Below are positions 6,804 through 15,123 of a DNA stretch of 32,000 nucleotides, in pieces. Where the stretch lies: NCBI RefSeq assembly GCF_000145295.1, contig NC_014408.1, positions 510,001-542,000 on the forward strand, given 5' to 3'. The notes under the pieces are model-generated. The model made no database searches and had not been told where the DNA came from. It worked only from the letters and a program-made list of their open reading frames with translations. A program made the translations under genes and the position numbers. This stretch comes from Methanothermobacter marburgensis str. Marburg. Lineage in GTDB: Archaea > Methanobacteriota > Methanobacteria > Methanobacteriales > Methanothermobacteraceae. Within the stretch, counting starts at the first letter, position 1. Every line of letters starts with the position of its first letter.

Positions 6804-7820
6804 TTAGATTTTCACGGATGATGGTAGCTGCATTTTTTTACTGGATGTGTGGGTCCTTGTAATCCCTGAGTACATTCTGAGGAGGTCCCTGTAACCTATT
6901 ATTCCATTTTTAAACCGTATATAATTCGGTGCCCTCAGATACCTTCTCATGTAATTGTTGACATCGGCTGCAAGTTTCCGGTATTCGGTCCTTGAGAGGT
7001 AACCATGGAATGTGCTCTTAACACCAGGATTTGAGGGTCCCCTTACCTTCAGGTATCTTATGGGTCCGTTCATGTAGTCTGTTACCATGAGAAGGAATGT
7101 CTCTGGTCTGTAACCATTGTAGGTCCTTTTGAGTTTTCTGCCGTTTTTCAGGTCAGTGTGTATTCCATTAGCCACACGGGCCATAACTGCAGGGTCAATG
7201 CTGTGGTAGGCTATGAGTTTGCTGTTGTAGAATCTCCCCTTCTTCTGGGTAATCCCGGGGGTTTCATTCAGGATTCTCATGATCTCCGATGCTATGAACC
7301 GGCACTTCTCTTCCCAGGATGCGCCGGGACAGTCAATGTTCGGCTGTATGATTCTTACACCTGCGGAGGTGAGGAACCTGTAGGGGTACCTGATACCTGC
7401 AAAGTACCTGGTGGAGAAGTTATCGTCCCATGCCCTCCTCAGCATGTAGGTATTTTTGAGGTTGAGTTTCCCGGTGTTTACAAATATCACACCCTTGGAT
7501 GTGGTTGCTGCAAGTTTAGCGACTTCTCTCATTGCCCCAGGGCAGGAGGCTGCAAGGTAAATCGCTACTCCCCCCTGAGGAGTGCAGCTTATTGCACGGC
7601 CACCCTCACCAGGTTTCGGGGCTTTGGGGTCCACTGTAACATTGTGTTCACTTTCGTTTTCAATACAGCTCTTGATGAGGTTGAGGTTTTCAATGTCAGA
7701 GGAGCTGTTGCCTGTTATGCAGTCTGAGGTGAGGAATATATTAACTGCCGCAGCATCACTGATATTCACTGAAAAAAGGACAAGGGCTGTCATGAACAGT
7801 ATAATTCCCTTTAATTGCAA
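6804..7820 (-). CDS. Secreted protein with a C-terminal pseudomurein-binding-repeat-like segment
   Basis: TTG start with AGGTGAT SD. The signal peptide is MQLKGIILFMTALVLFSVNISDAAA. The C-terminal LSRTEYRKLAADVNNYMRRYLRAPNYIRFKNGIIGYRDLL resembles the PMBR motif (..Y..a..V..f......PnYv....). A T6 run on the minus strand (6798-6803) follows the stop. Confidence 0.75.
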   Translation of the reverse strand: MQLKGIILFMTALVLFSVNISDAAAVNIFLTSDCITGNSSSDIENLNLIKSCIENESEHNVTVDPKAPKPGEGGRAISCTPQGGVAIYLAASCPGAMREVAKLAATTSKGVIFVNTGKLNLKNTYMLRRAWDDNFSTRYFAGIRYPYRFLTSAGVRIIQPNIDCPGASWEEKCRFIASEIMRILNETPGITQKKGRFYNSKLIAYHSIDPAVMARVANGIHTDLKNGRKLKRTYNGYRPETFLLMVTDYMNGPIRYLKVRGPSNPGVKSTFHGYLSRTEYRKLAADVNNYMRRYLRAPNYIRFKNGIIGYRDLLRMYSGITRTHTSSKKMQLPSSVKI

Positions 7821-7884
7821 ACTATCACCTTTATAACCTCTCTTCGTGGTCCTTTAAGTAATTTTTCAGGAAGATTTATATAAG

Positions 7885-8115
7885 ATGAGGTTCTACATAT
7901 TCCCCGAATTTTTTCTTATAATCCTTTATGGTGATAATTTGGTTCCTGAGATAAAACAGAAGTGTTTGATCTGTGGCGAGCAGTGGATTGATGGAAAAGA
8001 TACCTGTCCATACTGCGGAGGCAAAAATAAGACTGCAAGTATAGATTCCGAGAATGATCTTGCTCTGCTGAGATCACTTAACAGCATCCTGAAAAAGGAG
8101 AAGGTTTCAGAGTAA
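7885..8115 (+). CDS. Putative small zinc-ribbon protein (start uncertain)
   Basis: CLICGEQWIDGKDTCPYCGG forms CxxC-x10-CxxC knuckles. The ATG at 7885 abuts a TATA box (7875-7882) that more plausibly serves the divergent gene. An internal TTG at 7939 after GGTGAT is an alternative start. Confidence 0.35.
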   Translation: MRFYIFPEFFLIILYGDNLVPEIKQKCLICGEQWIDGKDTCPYCGGKNKTASIDSENDLALLRSLNSILKKEKVSE

Positions 8116-8139
8116 ACTTCTCAAACCTTTTTATTTGTA

Positions 8140-8162
8140 TATCTGAAAAAGAAAATCAGATA
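8140..8162. terminator. Hairpin between convergent genes (7-bp stem, 9-nt loop) flanked by T/A runs
   Basis: TATCTGA-AAAAGAAAA-TCAGATA, preceded by CTTTTTATTTG. It lies between the 3' ends of 7885..8115 (+) and 8218..9204 (-). Confidence 0.4.
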
Positions 8163-8171
8163 ACCCATATC

Positions 8172-8273
8172 ATGTACTGTTTTATGTTTTCCCGTACTGT
8201 TGCTGATGCTCTGAAGCCTATCTTATGTACTGTTTCACGTTTTCTCGTACTATTGCAGACGCTCCGAAGCCCT
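8172..8273. repeat. Imperfect tandem duplication (period 53 bp) of the 3' end of the HisG-like gene
   Basis: 8172-8219 aligns with 8225-8272 in my hand alignment, with about 40 of 48 positions identical. The downstream copy would encode [16 protein letters not shown]... versus the genuine C-terminus [17 protein letters not shown]. Confidence 0.8.
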
Positions 8274-9204
8274 TTATCTCTTCAAGCATTTCAGGGAATC
8301 TCCTTTTATCTATGAGGACGTTGATCTGTGAAAATTCCCCGCCTGGAACGACGGTCGGCTCATCTGAGCAGTACTCCATCTTCATGAGGAACTCAACCAC
8401 ATCCTCTGCCCTGTGGTTTGCTATGTTGAACTTAACATCAAAGTAGTTCCTGGCCTTGGTGGCGCCGTAGAGCTGTTTGAATATCATCTCAGCCTTTTCA
8501 AGTTTTTCACCGGTGCATGATGGTCCAGCATAGAGCCCGGCGCTTGATTCCATTATGGTATCAATTATCTTGAGGCCCGCCTTTCTAAGACTGCTTCCTG
8601 TCTGGGTGTTGTCCACTATGAGGTCTGCGCCCTTGGCGATGTAAACCTCGGTTGCACCATCAGAGTTTATTATCTGGACCATCTCATTGTCACCATCCCT
8701 GAGGCCCCTTATCTGCACCACTGGTCTTGAGTCACCGAAGAGTTCCCTGTAGCCAGGATTATTCATGAAAAAGTCCCTTGTGAGGTTGGGATACTCTGTG
8801 AAGCAGAGTATGGGAGTGTTCCTATCAGCATTTTTCAGGAAGAAGTCCTCCAGTGAGGTGTAGGGTTCCTCTCTGGGAAGTGCCACTATAAGCCTTGTCT
8901 GACCGTAATCAAGATCCCCTATCTTTTTTATGGACTCATCGCCACTGTTTATGGATTCCTCACGCACCCAGTCCTCGCCGATTATTGCAATATCAAGCAT
9001 TTCACGGTTGAGCTCCACCGGGGCACTCTGGGGCCTTGTGAGGTAAGCCTTTATTTCAGGATCGTTGGTGATCTCTATTTCGTTTTCTTCACGCCCGGGC
9101 TCGTAGCCCTTAACCTCATAACCGGCGTCCTTGAAGAGCCTGTAGGTGTTTCCACGGTTAACATTGTTTAAACTACCCTTGGGTAATCCCAGAACTATCT
9201 TCAT
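8218..9204 (-). CDS. ATP phosphoribosyltransferase family protein (HisG-like long form with C-terminal regulatory domain)
   Basis: N-terminal [21 protein letters not shown], and the PRPP-loop-like [29 protein letters not shown]. The C-terminal ~90 aa resemble the HisG regulatory domain. At 328 aa with insertions it is atypical, so the orthologue/paralogue status is unresolved. Confidence 0.8.
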   Translation of the reverse strand: MKIVLGLPKGSLNNVNRGNTYRLFKDAGYEVKGYEPGREENEIEITNDPEIKAYLTRPQSAPVELNREMLDIAIIGEDWVREESINSGDESIKKIGDLDYGQTRLIVALPREEPYTSLEDFFLKNADRNTPILCFTEYPNLTRDFFMNNPGYRELFGDSRPVVQIRGLRDGDNEMVQIINSDGATEVYIAKGADLIVDNTQTGSSLRKAGLKIIDTIMESSAGLYAGPSCTGEKLEKAEMIFKQLYGATKARNYFDVKFNIANHRAEDVVEFLMKMEYCSDEPTVVPGGEFSQINVLIDKRRFPEMLEEIKGFGASAIVRENVKQYIR

Positions 9205-9273
9205 AGTTTCACCTGTAATCAGTTGATGATCTTCTTTTGCAAATCTTATGTTCAGTCAAATTAAGTGATTTTT

Positions 9274-9792
9274 TTACCATTTCTCAGTATGTATCCTTTC
9301 AGGGTCAAAAAGGTCCCTCGTTCCAGGGTCCTCTGCAGGGTAACCTATGGGTATCACTGAGAAGGGTATAACGTGGTCTGGAATCTGGAACAGCCTCCTT
9401 ATACCCTCAACACGGTCTTCAAGTGGGTATACACCTGTCCAGACCGCACCAAGACCAAGGGAGTGGGCCGCAAGCAGTATATTCTGTGACGCAATGGAGC
9501 AGTCCTGCACCCAGAATCCAGGGAATTTTTCAAGGCTGGTGTCACAGCATACTATGATTGCAAGGGGGGCATCCTTTACCATTGCCCCGTAGGGATGCAC
9601 CTCTGGTATCTTCTCAAGCATATCCCTGTTTTTCACTACTATGAAGTGCCAGGGTCTCTGGTCAACCGCTGATGGTCCGCACATGGCCGCCTCTAGGATC
9701 TTATTGAGCATTTCATCTGGCACGTCTCTCTTGGTGTATTTCCTTATGCTTCGTCTTGTTTTAATTGCTTCGAGAACTTCCATTTTCCTCAC
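9274..9792 (-). CDS. Nitroreductase-family FMN oxidoreductase
   Basis: EAIKTRRSIRKYTKRDVPDEMLNKILEAAMCGPSAVDQRPWHFIVV is the classic nitroreductase N-terminus. GGGTGAGG SD is present. Confidence 0.9.
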   Translation of the reverse strand: MRKMEVLEAIKTRRSIRKYTKRDVPDEMLNKILEAAMCGPSAVDQRPWHFIVVKNRDMLEKIPEVHPYGAMVKDAPLAIIVCCDTSLEKFPGFWVQDCSIASQNILLAAHSLGLGAVWTGVYPLEDRVEGIRRLFQIPDHVIPFSVIPIGYPAEDPGTRDLFDPERIHTEKW

Positions 9793-9870
9793 CCTAAAAC
9801 CTATATGGGTGGTGACCTTTATATGTTGGAAGGTTCATAATAGTTCTATAGAATACGAACGAGTGATACC

Positions 9871-10095
9871 ATGAGGGTTGAGGATTTAAAAAAGCCATGC
9901 CCTGAGTGCGGTGAAGTGGATAAGGACGTCTCAACGGTTAAATACCCCCAGAATAAGGAAAAACTGAAAGAGGCAGGCATACCTGAGGACCAGGAGATAG
10001 TTGGGGCCATAAAGTGCAGTAAATGTGGATATGTATTTGAGTACTGTGAAGGAGGAAAGTGCAGCATAGAGGTCAAGAAGGTTTCCATTGATTAG
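9871..10095 (+). CDS. Small zinc-ribbon protein (74 aa), paralogue-like to sORF-B
   Basis: KKPCPECGEVDK ... IKCSKCGYVFEY. GAGTGAT SD, with a TATA-like CTTTATATG about 45 nt upstream. Confidence 0.65.
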   Translation: MRVEDLKKPCPECGEVDKDVSTVKYPQNKEKLKEAGIPEDQEIVGAIKCSKCGYVFEYCEGGKCSIEVKKVSID

Positions 10096-10133
10096 GAGAT
10101 TTCAATCGGTGGATGTTTAAGAAGCCTTTACAT

Positions 10134-10589
10134 TCATTGCTTTCTTATGAATCCAAGAATATTTCTGAAACCTGACCCTTCACTTTTTCTTTCTACCTTC
10201 ATATCCTTCACAAAGTCCGCAAGCCAGTCTGCAAGTCTGTATTTCGAAAGACCAGCCGGTTCAACCCATGCAAAGCCCTCATGTTCGTGGCTCAGCTTCA
10301 CATTACCCGCGGCTTTGCACTGGATTATTATATGAACAGCGTTTATTATCGGGAACTTCTGTTCAACAACCCCCATAACATCACCAGGGGTTATTTCAAG
10401 GCCGGTTTCCTCCCTGACCTCCCTTTTGAGGGCCTCCTCAAGGGACTCGCCGGTACCCACCTTTCCACCGGGAAGCTCCCAGGTGGATGGGTTGGTCTTT
10501 GAATTTTCAGATCTTTTGATTATGAGAACCCTTCCGTTATCATCCTCAATGAATGCCCTCACAGCCAGTATATAAACACTTCCCACCAT
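10134..10589 (-). CDS. NUDIX hydrolase (MutT family)
   Basis: Nudix box [24 protein letters not shown] (GX5EX7REUXEEXGU). Confidence 0.9.
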   Translation of the reverse strand: MVGSVYILAVRAFIEDDNGRVLIIKRSENSKTNPSTWELPGGKVGTGESLEEALKREVREETGLEITPGDVMGVVEQKFPIINAVHIIIQCKAAGNVKLSHEHEGFAWVEPAGLSKYRLADWLADFVKDMKVERKSEGSGFRNILGFIRKQ

Positions 10590-10656
10590 AAAAATCCCTG
10601 TTTATGATTGGGGCTCTAAATATATAAACGGGGTATCGCTTGCAATGTTTGCTGGG

Positions 10657-11726
10657 CTACTTCCAGTCCCTGAACTCAATTGAGAAACGGGTCCCACCCT
10701 CTGATTCAACTTTGAGGTTACCATTCAGCTGGTCAGTAAGGCTTCTTACAAGCTGCATACCCATACTGGGCGTGCTCTGGAGGTCAAAGTTCTCTGGAAG
10801 ACCCACGCCGTCATCTTCAATCGCAAGAATGTAACTGCCATCCCCTTTTTTAAATGAAACCCTTATTCTACCTTTTTTCCCTCAGGGAATGCATGTTTGA
10901 TTGCATTTGTGAAGAGCTCATTTACAATGAGTGTCAGGGGGACAACCGTGTTTATATCGAGTTCAGCCTCATCTATATCTGTCTCAAGGGCTATGCGGCC
11001 CGGATCCGATAGGAATGTCTGATAGAGGTCCCTCACAAGTCCCCTCAGGTATTCACCGAAGTCCACCCTCCTGTGTTTACCTGAAGTGTAAAGCCGCTCA
11101 TGAAGCATGGCCATTGCTCTGGCCTTTGACTGGGCCTCCCTGAAGAGCATGAGATCATCCCTATCCTTCACATACCTTGACTGGATATTGAGGATGCTTG
11201 AGATTATCATGAGGTTGTTCTTGACCCTGTGGTTTATCTCCCGGAGGAGCATCTCCTTCTCTTTGAGGGCTTTTTCCAGTTCCATGTTCTTCTTTAGAAG
11301 TTCTCTTCTGGCTGCAGAGAGCTGGTTGTTTAGCCTTGTGAGTTCATCAAATAGTTCTTCTTTTACATCCCCACCAGCAGATGGACCCATTTCTGGTGTT
11401 TCAGGCAGCTCAGTATCAACAAGGCGGTAGATTTTTATCATATCCTCCTTTCTGGCTGCACCAACAGCGTAGATCCTTTCATCAGCCATGAAACCTGAAA
11501 AGTGGTAGGTCTTAAGGTTCTTTAAATTCAGTTCCCAGTTATAGGCGGCCCCTTTATCATTGATCTCCTGGATGAAAAGGGAGGCCTTTGCCTGGCTACC
11601 CATATCCATGAGGTCAACGAAGGATTCAATGGTCAGGGGTATGTTGGATCCATGGTCTATTATCTTTTCAATGAATCCATCCTTCCTCAGGATAAGGAAA
11701 ACACCCTCAGGTCCATTATTATTCAT
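10657..11726 (-). pseudogene. Sensor histidine kinase (HisKA_2 dimerisation/phosphoacceptor plus HATPase_c) interrupted by a -1 frame change. It is either a pseudogene, a homopolymer assembly error, or a recoded gene.
   Basis: Frame 0 (11726->10863) gives the sensor domain, the H-box ([16 protein letters not shown]) and the N-box ([20 protein letters not shown]), then VE-stop. The -1 frame continues without a stop as [71 protein letters not shown], ending at 10657. This is the missing G1/G2 half of the ATPase domain. Confidence 0.85.
10872..10878 (-). other. A_AAA_AAG heptamer at the exact point of the kinase frame change
   Basis: Minus-strand codons are GGA AAA AAG GTA GAA TAA. The X_XXY_YYZ pattern is in register with frame 0. 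A -1 slip reads GGT AGA ATA AGG, the continuing kinase frame. Confidence 0.8.
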
Positions 11727-11765
11727 TCTATAACCTTCAATAGCTTAAAGTCTAAAAAGGATCTT

Positions 11766-12830
11766 CTATTCTGTTTTCAGGAATTCTTCAGCCACCCTCA
11801 CGGCGCTGGAGGCACTGGCGGCGTGCAGATCGGCTCCGACCTTCCTCCAGAGTTCAGTGTCCACATTGAATGGGTAGCCACCCACCATTACAGGGGGAGA
11901 ATCATCCACTTCCCCAAGCAGTTTTATGAGACTTTTCACATGTCCAACGTTGAAGGTCATGGTGGCTGATACAGCAACAAGGTCAGGCTTCAGTTCATCC
12001 ACGATCTTTCTGAAATCCTCCGGTGGAGTGCTGGCCCCAAGGTAAACAGAATCCCAGCCATTGATTTCAAAGAAATCACTGACCATCCTTATTCCTATCT
12101 CATGCAGCTCATTGTTAACGCATGCAGCAACAAGCCTGAGGTTTTTCCGCTCTGATGCCGGGTATATGTACGGGTAGAGTTCTGACATTATCATCTGTGT
12201 CACTGACGTTGCATAGTGTTCGTGGGCAACCGATATCTGGTTGGTCTGCCATAACCTGCCGATTTCATGCTGGACAGGCTCAAAAACATGGAGGTATATG
12301 TCCTCAACACTCACACCGGAGTTCAGGGACGAGATTATGAGGGCCCTGGCCTTTTTTGCCTCTGTATTCAGAACAAGTTCAAGGTACTTCTCTGCAAGGT
12401 CCCTCAGGGGCTGATCCCTGATGTAGCTTGGCGGTTTATGTTCCATTTCAAGTTTCCTGAGGGAACCTGAGATGTAGCTGGAAGCAAGGGAAGCGGTTTC
12501 ATCGTCTAGAATTTCCAGCATAACCTTTTCCATACTTTTAAGTGAACCCCTGAGGCACTCTTCAGGGAGCCCAAGGTTCCTCAGAAGGATATCGGCCCAG
12601 AGGACGTAGTCCTCAAAGAGTTCTGGACTTGAATTTCTGATGGCCTCCTCCAGGTAGTCCAGATGGTAATTTATGTCTTGTATGCACAATTCCCTATCTT
12701 CAGGACTTACAAGGCCCTTCCCCTTAAGATCGTCATATATGGCGGATACAAGGGATTCCCTTGGGACATTGATCCCCATTAACAACACCCCAATATATTT
12801 AAGTTTGAACCCCAATAAGAGATTTATCAT
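11766..12830 (-). CDS. Cobalamin-binding protein: N-terminal helical domain, B12-binding_2 cap with Wx9EH, and a Rossmann B12-binding domain (CarH/AerR-like module)
   Basis: W194-x9-E204-H205 (RLWQTNQISVAHEH, nt 12216-12251). E241-L-H243-E-I-G246, then 41 residues, S288-A-T290, then 26 residues, G317-G318. This fits the canonical (D/E)xHxxG-41-Sx(L/T)-26/28-GG spacing exactly by my count. The start could instead be M18 (12779, GGGGTG SD). The gene ends 39 nt before the kinase start. Confidence 0.85.
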   Translation of the reverse strand: MINLLLGFKLKYIGVLLMGINVPRESLVSAIYDDLKGKGLVSPEDRELCIQDINYHLDYLEEAIRNSSPELFEDYVLWADILLRNLGLPEECLRGSLKSMEKVMLEILDDETASLASSYISGSLRKLEMEHKPPSYIRDQPLRDLAEKYLELVLNTEAKKARALIISSLNSGVSVEDIYLHVFEPVQHEIGRLWQTNQISVAHEHYATSVTQMIMSELYPYIYPASERKNLRLVAACVNNELHEIGIRMVSDFFEINGWDSVYLGASTPPEDFRKIVDELKPDLVAVSATMTFNVGHVKSLIKLLGEVDDSPPVMVGGYPFNVDTELWRKVGADLHAASASSAVRVAEEFLKTE

Positions 12831-12848
12831 TTTTTTGCAGTGTTAAAT

Positions 12849-13031
12849 ATGAAGTCATCGGAAGGTTTCAGAATAATTTCAACCACAGGAGAATGTCCGG
12901 AATGTGTCTACAGATGTGAGGTTGTCCTTGAGGATCTTGGAGAGATTAAGCTTTACTGCAGGCACCCCATGGGACCGGGTAGCCCCGCACACTGCATATA
13001 CTTTAAGAGGGATAGGAAAATCAGCAGATGA
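12849..13031 (+). CDS. Putative small Cys-rich protein (60 aa)
   Basis: MKSSEGFRIISTTGECPECVYRCEVVLEDLGEIKLYCRHPMGPGSPAHCIYFKRDRKISR has 5 Cys, including CxxCxxxC. The ORF track starts it at GTG 12840. The SD is weak and no family was recognised. Confidence 0.4.
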   Translation: MKSSEGFRIISTTGECPECVYRCEVVLEDLGEIKLYCRHPMGPGSPAHCIYFKRDRKISR

Positions 13032-13126
13032 TCAGCTTTTAGGATTTATAATTGACACAATATAAAAAAGCATATTAATTAAAAATAATTATAATTATTA
13101 TTCATAATAGATCATCAGGTGTTAAG

Positions 13127-14008
13127 ATGCTTACCTCTGTTCAGAAAGAAATACTCCAGACACTCATCAACCTCTACAGGAATTCAAACGGCAAATCCAT
13201 TAAGGGTGAGGAGATAGCAGCCATAATGAACCGCAATCCGGGCACAATAAGGAACCAGATGCAGTCTCTTCGAAGCCTGGGACTTGTGAAGGGTGTTCCC
13301 GGACCTCGCGGGGGATACAAGCCAACCATAAAGGCCTACCATCAGCTGAACATATCATCAACCGGAAGGGAAACTGCCGTCCCCATCTACAGGGGCGGTG
13401 AGAGAATCGATGACCTTTCAGTTGCAAAGATAGAGTTCACAAGCATTCCCGACCCTGGGGAGTGTGAGGCCGCAATAAAACTGGTTGGCAGCATAAGAAA
13501 ACTTGATCTGGGCGATAGGGTGCGCATAGGCCCAACTCCGGTTAACAAGCTCATTGTTGACGGGGTTGTAGTGGGAAGGGATGATATGGACAACATAATC
13601 CTCCTGGACACCACCGCCATAAGAAGCATACCCAAGAGGACGGTTGAGGAGGTTGCAACCCATGAACTTGTGACACTCACCCATGATATCAGTGTGAAGG
13701 ATGCCGCGGTTAAACTATCATCACTGGGAATCGAGGGGGCCCCGATAGTGGAGGATGATGAGGTGAAGGGCATAGTTACCCTCAGTGACATAACAGCATC
13801 CATAGCAGAGGGTACCGAGAACCTGCCTGTTTCAGAGATCATGTCAAAGAATATAATAACGGTTAAACCTGAAATGATGATCTCTGATGCAATAGAAATC
13901 ATGAACAAACACAATATAGGGAGACTGATCGTTACAGACAGTGAGGGTAAACTTTTGGGCATAATAACCCGTACAGATATCCTTGACAGCATAGCGGGTC
14001 TTGATTGA
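13127..14008 (+). CDS. HTH-domain plus CBS-pair regulatory protein (IMP-dehydrogenase-related CBS protein)
   Basis: N-terminal KEILQTLINLYRNSNGKSIKGEEIAAIMNRNPGTIRNQMQSLRSLGLVKGVPGPRGGYKPT. The C-terminal part has two CBS motifs (VTLTHDISVKDAAVKL..GAPIVEDD.. and IITVKPEMMISDAIEIMNKHNIGRLIVTD). Confidence 0.9.
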   Translation: MLTSVQKEILQTLINLYRNSNGKSIKGEEIAAIMNRNPGTIRNQMQSLRSLGLVKGVPGPRGGYKPTIKAYHQLNISSTGRETAVPIYRGGERIDDLSVAKIEFTSIPDPGECEAAIKLVGSIRKLDLGDRVRIGPTPVNKLIVDGVVVGRDDMDNIILLDTTAIRSIPKRTVEEVATHELVTLTHDISVKDAAVKLSSLGIEGAPIVEDDEVKGIVTLSDITASIAEGTENLPVSEIMSKNIITVKPEMMISDAIEIMNKHNIGRLIVTDSEGKLLGIITRTDILDSIAGLD

Positions 14009-14061
14009 GACTCAGTTTTTCCTGATTTTAAGTAAAGATACCGCAAAATCGGATCATAGTG

Positions 14062-14099
14062 GAGATCTGAATATTTAATAGAGATCTGAATATATTAAT
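14062..14099. repeat. Tandem 19-bp direct repeat carrying TATA-like sequence upstream of dys
   Basis: GAGATCTGAATATTTAATA followed by GAGATCTGAATATATTAAT (17/19 identical). Confidence 0.7.
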
Positions 14100-14193
14100 G
14101 ATGTGCAACAATTCTGTAGTTCTCTGGGTGCTCATGCATGAGTTAACTGTAATTTATCACTAACGGGAAGTGTTACTTTTGAATGTGAATCAT

Positions 14194-15123
14194 ATGAATA
14201 TAAAACCCGACATGAAGGCAGGGGACCTTATAAGGGAGATGGGGCGGTCAGGGGTCCTTGGAGCAGGCAGGGTCCACAGGGCAGCAGGGCTGCTCCGTGA
14301 GATGATTGATGACAGTGAAATGGCATTATTCATGAGCGTGGCAGGACCACTGGTTCCCGGTGGGATGAGGAGGATAATAAGGGATCTCATAGATCAGGAA
14401 GTTATATCAGCACTCATAACAAGCGGGGCTAACCTTACACATGACCTCCTTGAGGCCTTTGGAGGGGCCCATTACCGGGAATACGGGTTCGATGATGAAA
14501 GGCTTCATGAGGAGGGGATAGGTCGTATAGGTGACATATACACAAGGTCCGAGGACTTTGAGGTCTTTGAAGCCAGGATGCAGGACATCTTTTCATCCAT
14601 ATTCAAATCAAAACCCCATATTTCAATTCAGGAGCTCATTTACGAAATAGGGGGGCATCTAAAGGATGAGATGTCCATCATAAGAACGGCCCACATGAGG
14701 GGTGTTCCCATCTATGCCCCGGGGATCATCGACAGCATGCTCGGCCTACAGCTCTGGATGTACACACAGGACAACAGGGTATGTCTAGATGCTGTGAGGG
14801 ATATGCACAGCCTCTCTGACCTTGTATTCAGCCATGAGAGGATAGGGGCTGTTATACTTGGAGGGGGACTTCCAAAGCATTACACACTGGCATCCACACT
14901 CTTAAGGGGTGGTGTGGATGCTGCGATCCAGATAACCATGGATCGAAGTGAAACTGGAAGCCTCAGCGGCGCCCCCCTTGAGGAGGCCAAGTCGTGGGCC
15001 AAGGCACAGGCTGGTTCGAATCTTGTAACGGTGGTTGGGGATGCAACGGCCCTGTTTCCACTTATACTTTCAGCTGCACTCTCTGATGGGATTGATGGAG
15101 GTTTGAGGTCCTTTCATGATTGA
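14194..15123 (+). CDS. dys: Deoxyhypusine synthase
   Basis: The family pattern runs throughout (GAGRVHRAAGLLREM, ALITSGANLTHDL, GIGRIGDIY, ILGGGLPKHY, ITMDRSETGSLSGA). I prefer ATG 14194 to the ORF-track GTG 14170. Confidence 0.92.
   Translation: MNIKPDMKAGDLIREMGRSGVLGAGRVHRAAGLLREMIDDSEMALFMSVAGPLVPGGMRRIIRDLIDQEVISALITSGANLTHDLLEAFGGAHYREYGFDDERLHEEGIGRIGDIYTRSEDFEVFEARMQDIFSSIFKSKPHISIQELIYEIGGHLKDEMSIIRTAHMRGVPIYAPGIIDSMLGLQLWMYTQDNRVCLDAVRDMHSLSDLVFSHERIGAVILGGGLPKHYTLASTLLRGGVDAAIQITMDRSETGSLSGAPLEEAKSWAKAQAGSNLVTVVGDATALFPLILSAALSDGIDGGLRSFHD

Noticed and set aside
13387-14046. 219-aa minus-strand ORF (plus 13418..13684 and 13200..13427)
   Set aside because: It is a Ser/Ile/Met-rich low-complexity translation, antisense to the well-supported HTH-CBS gene.
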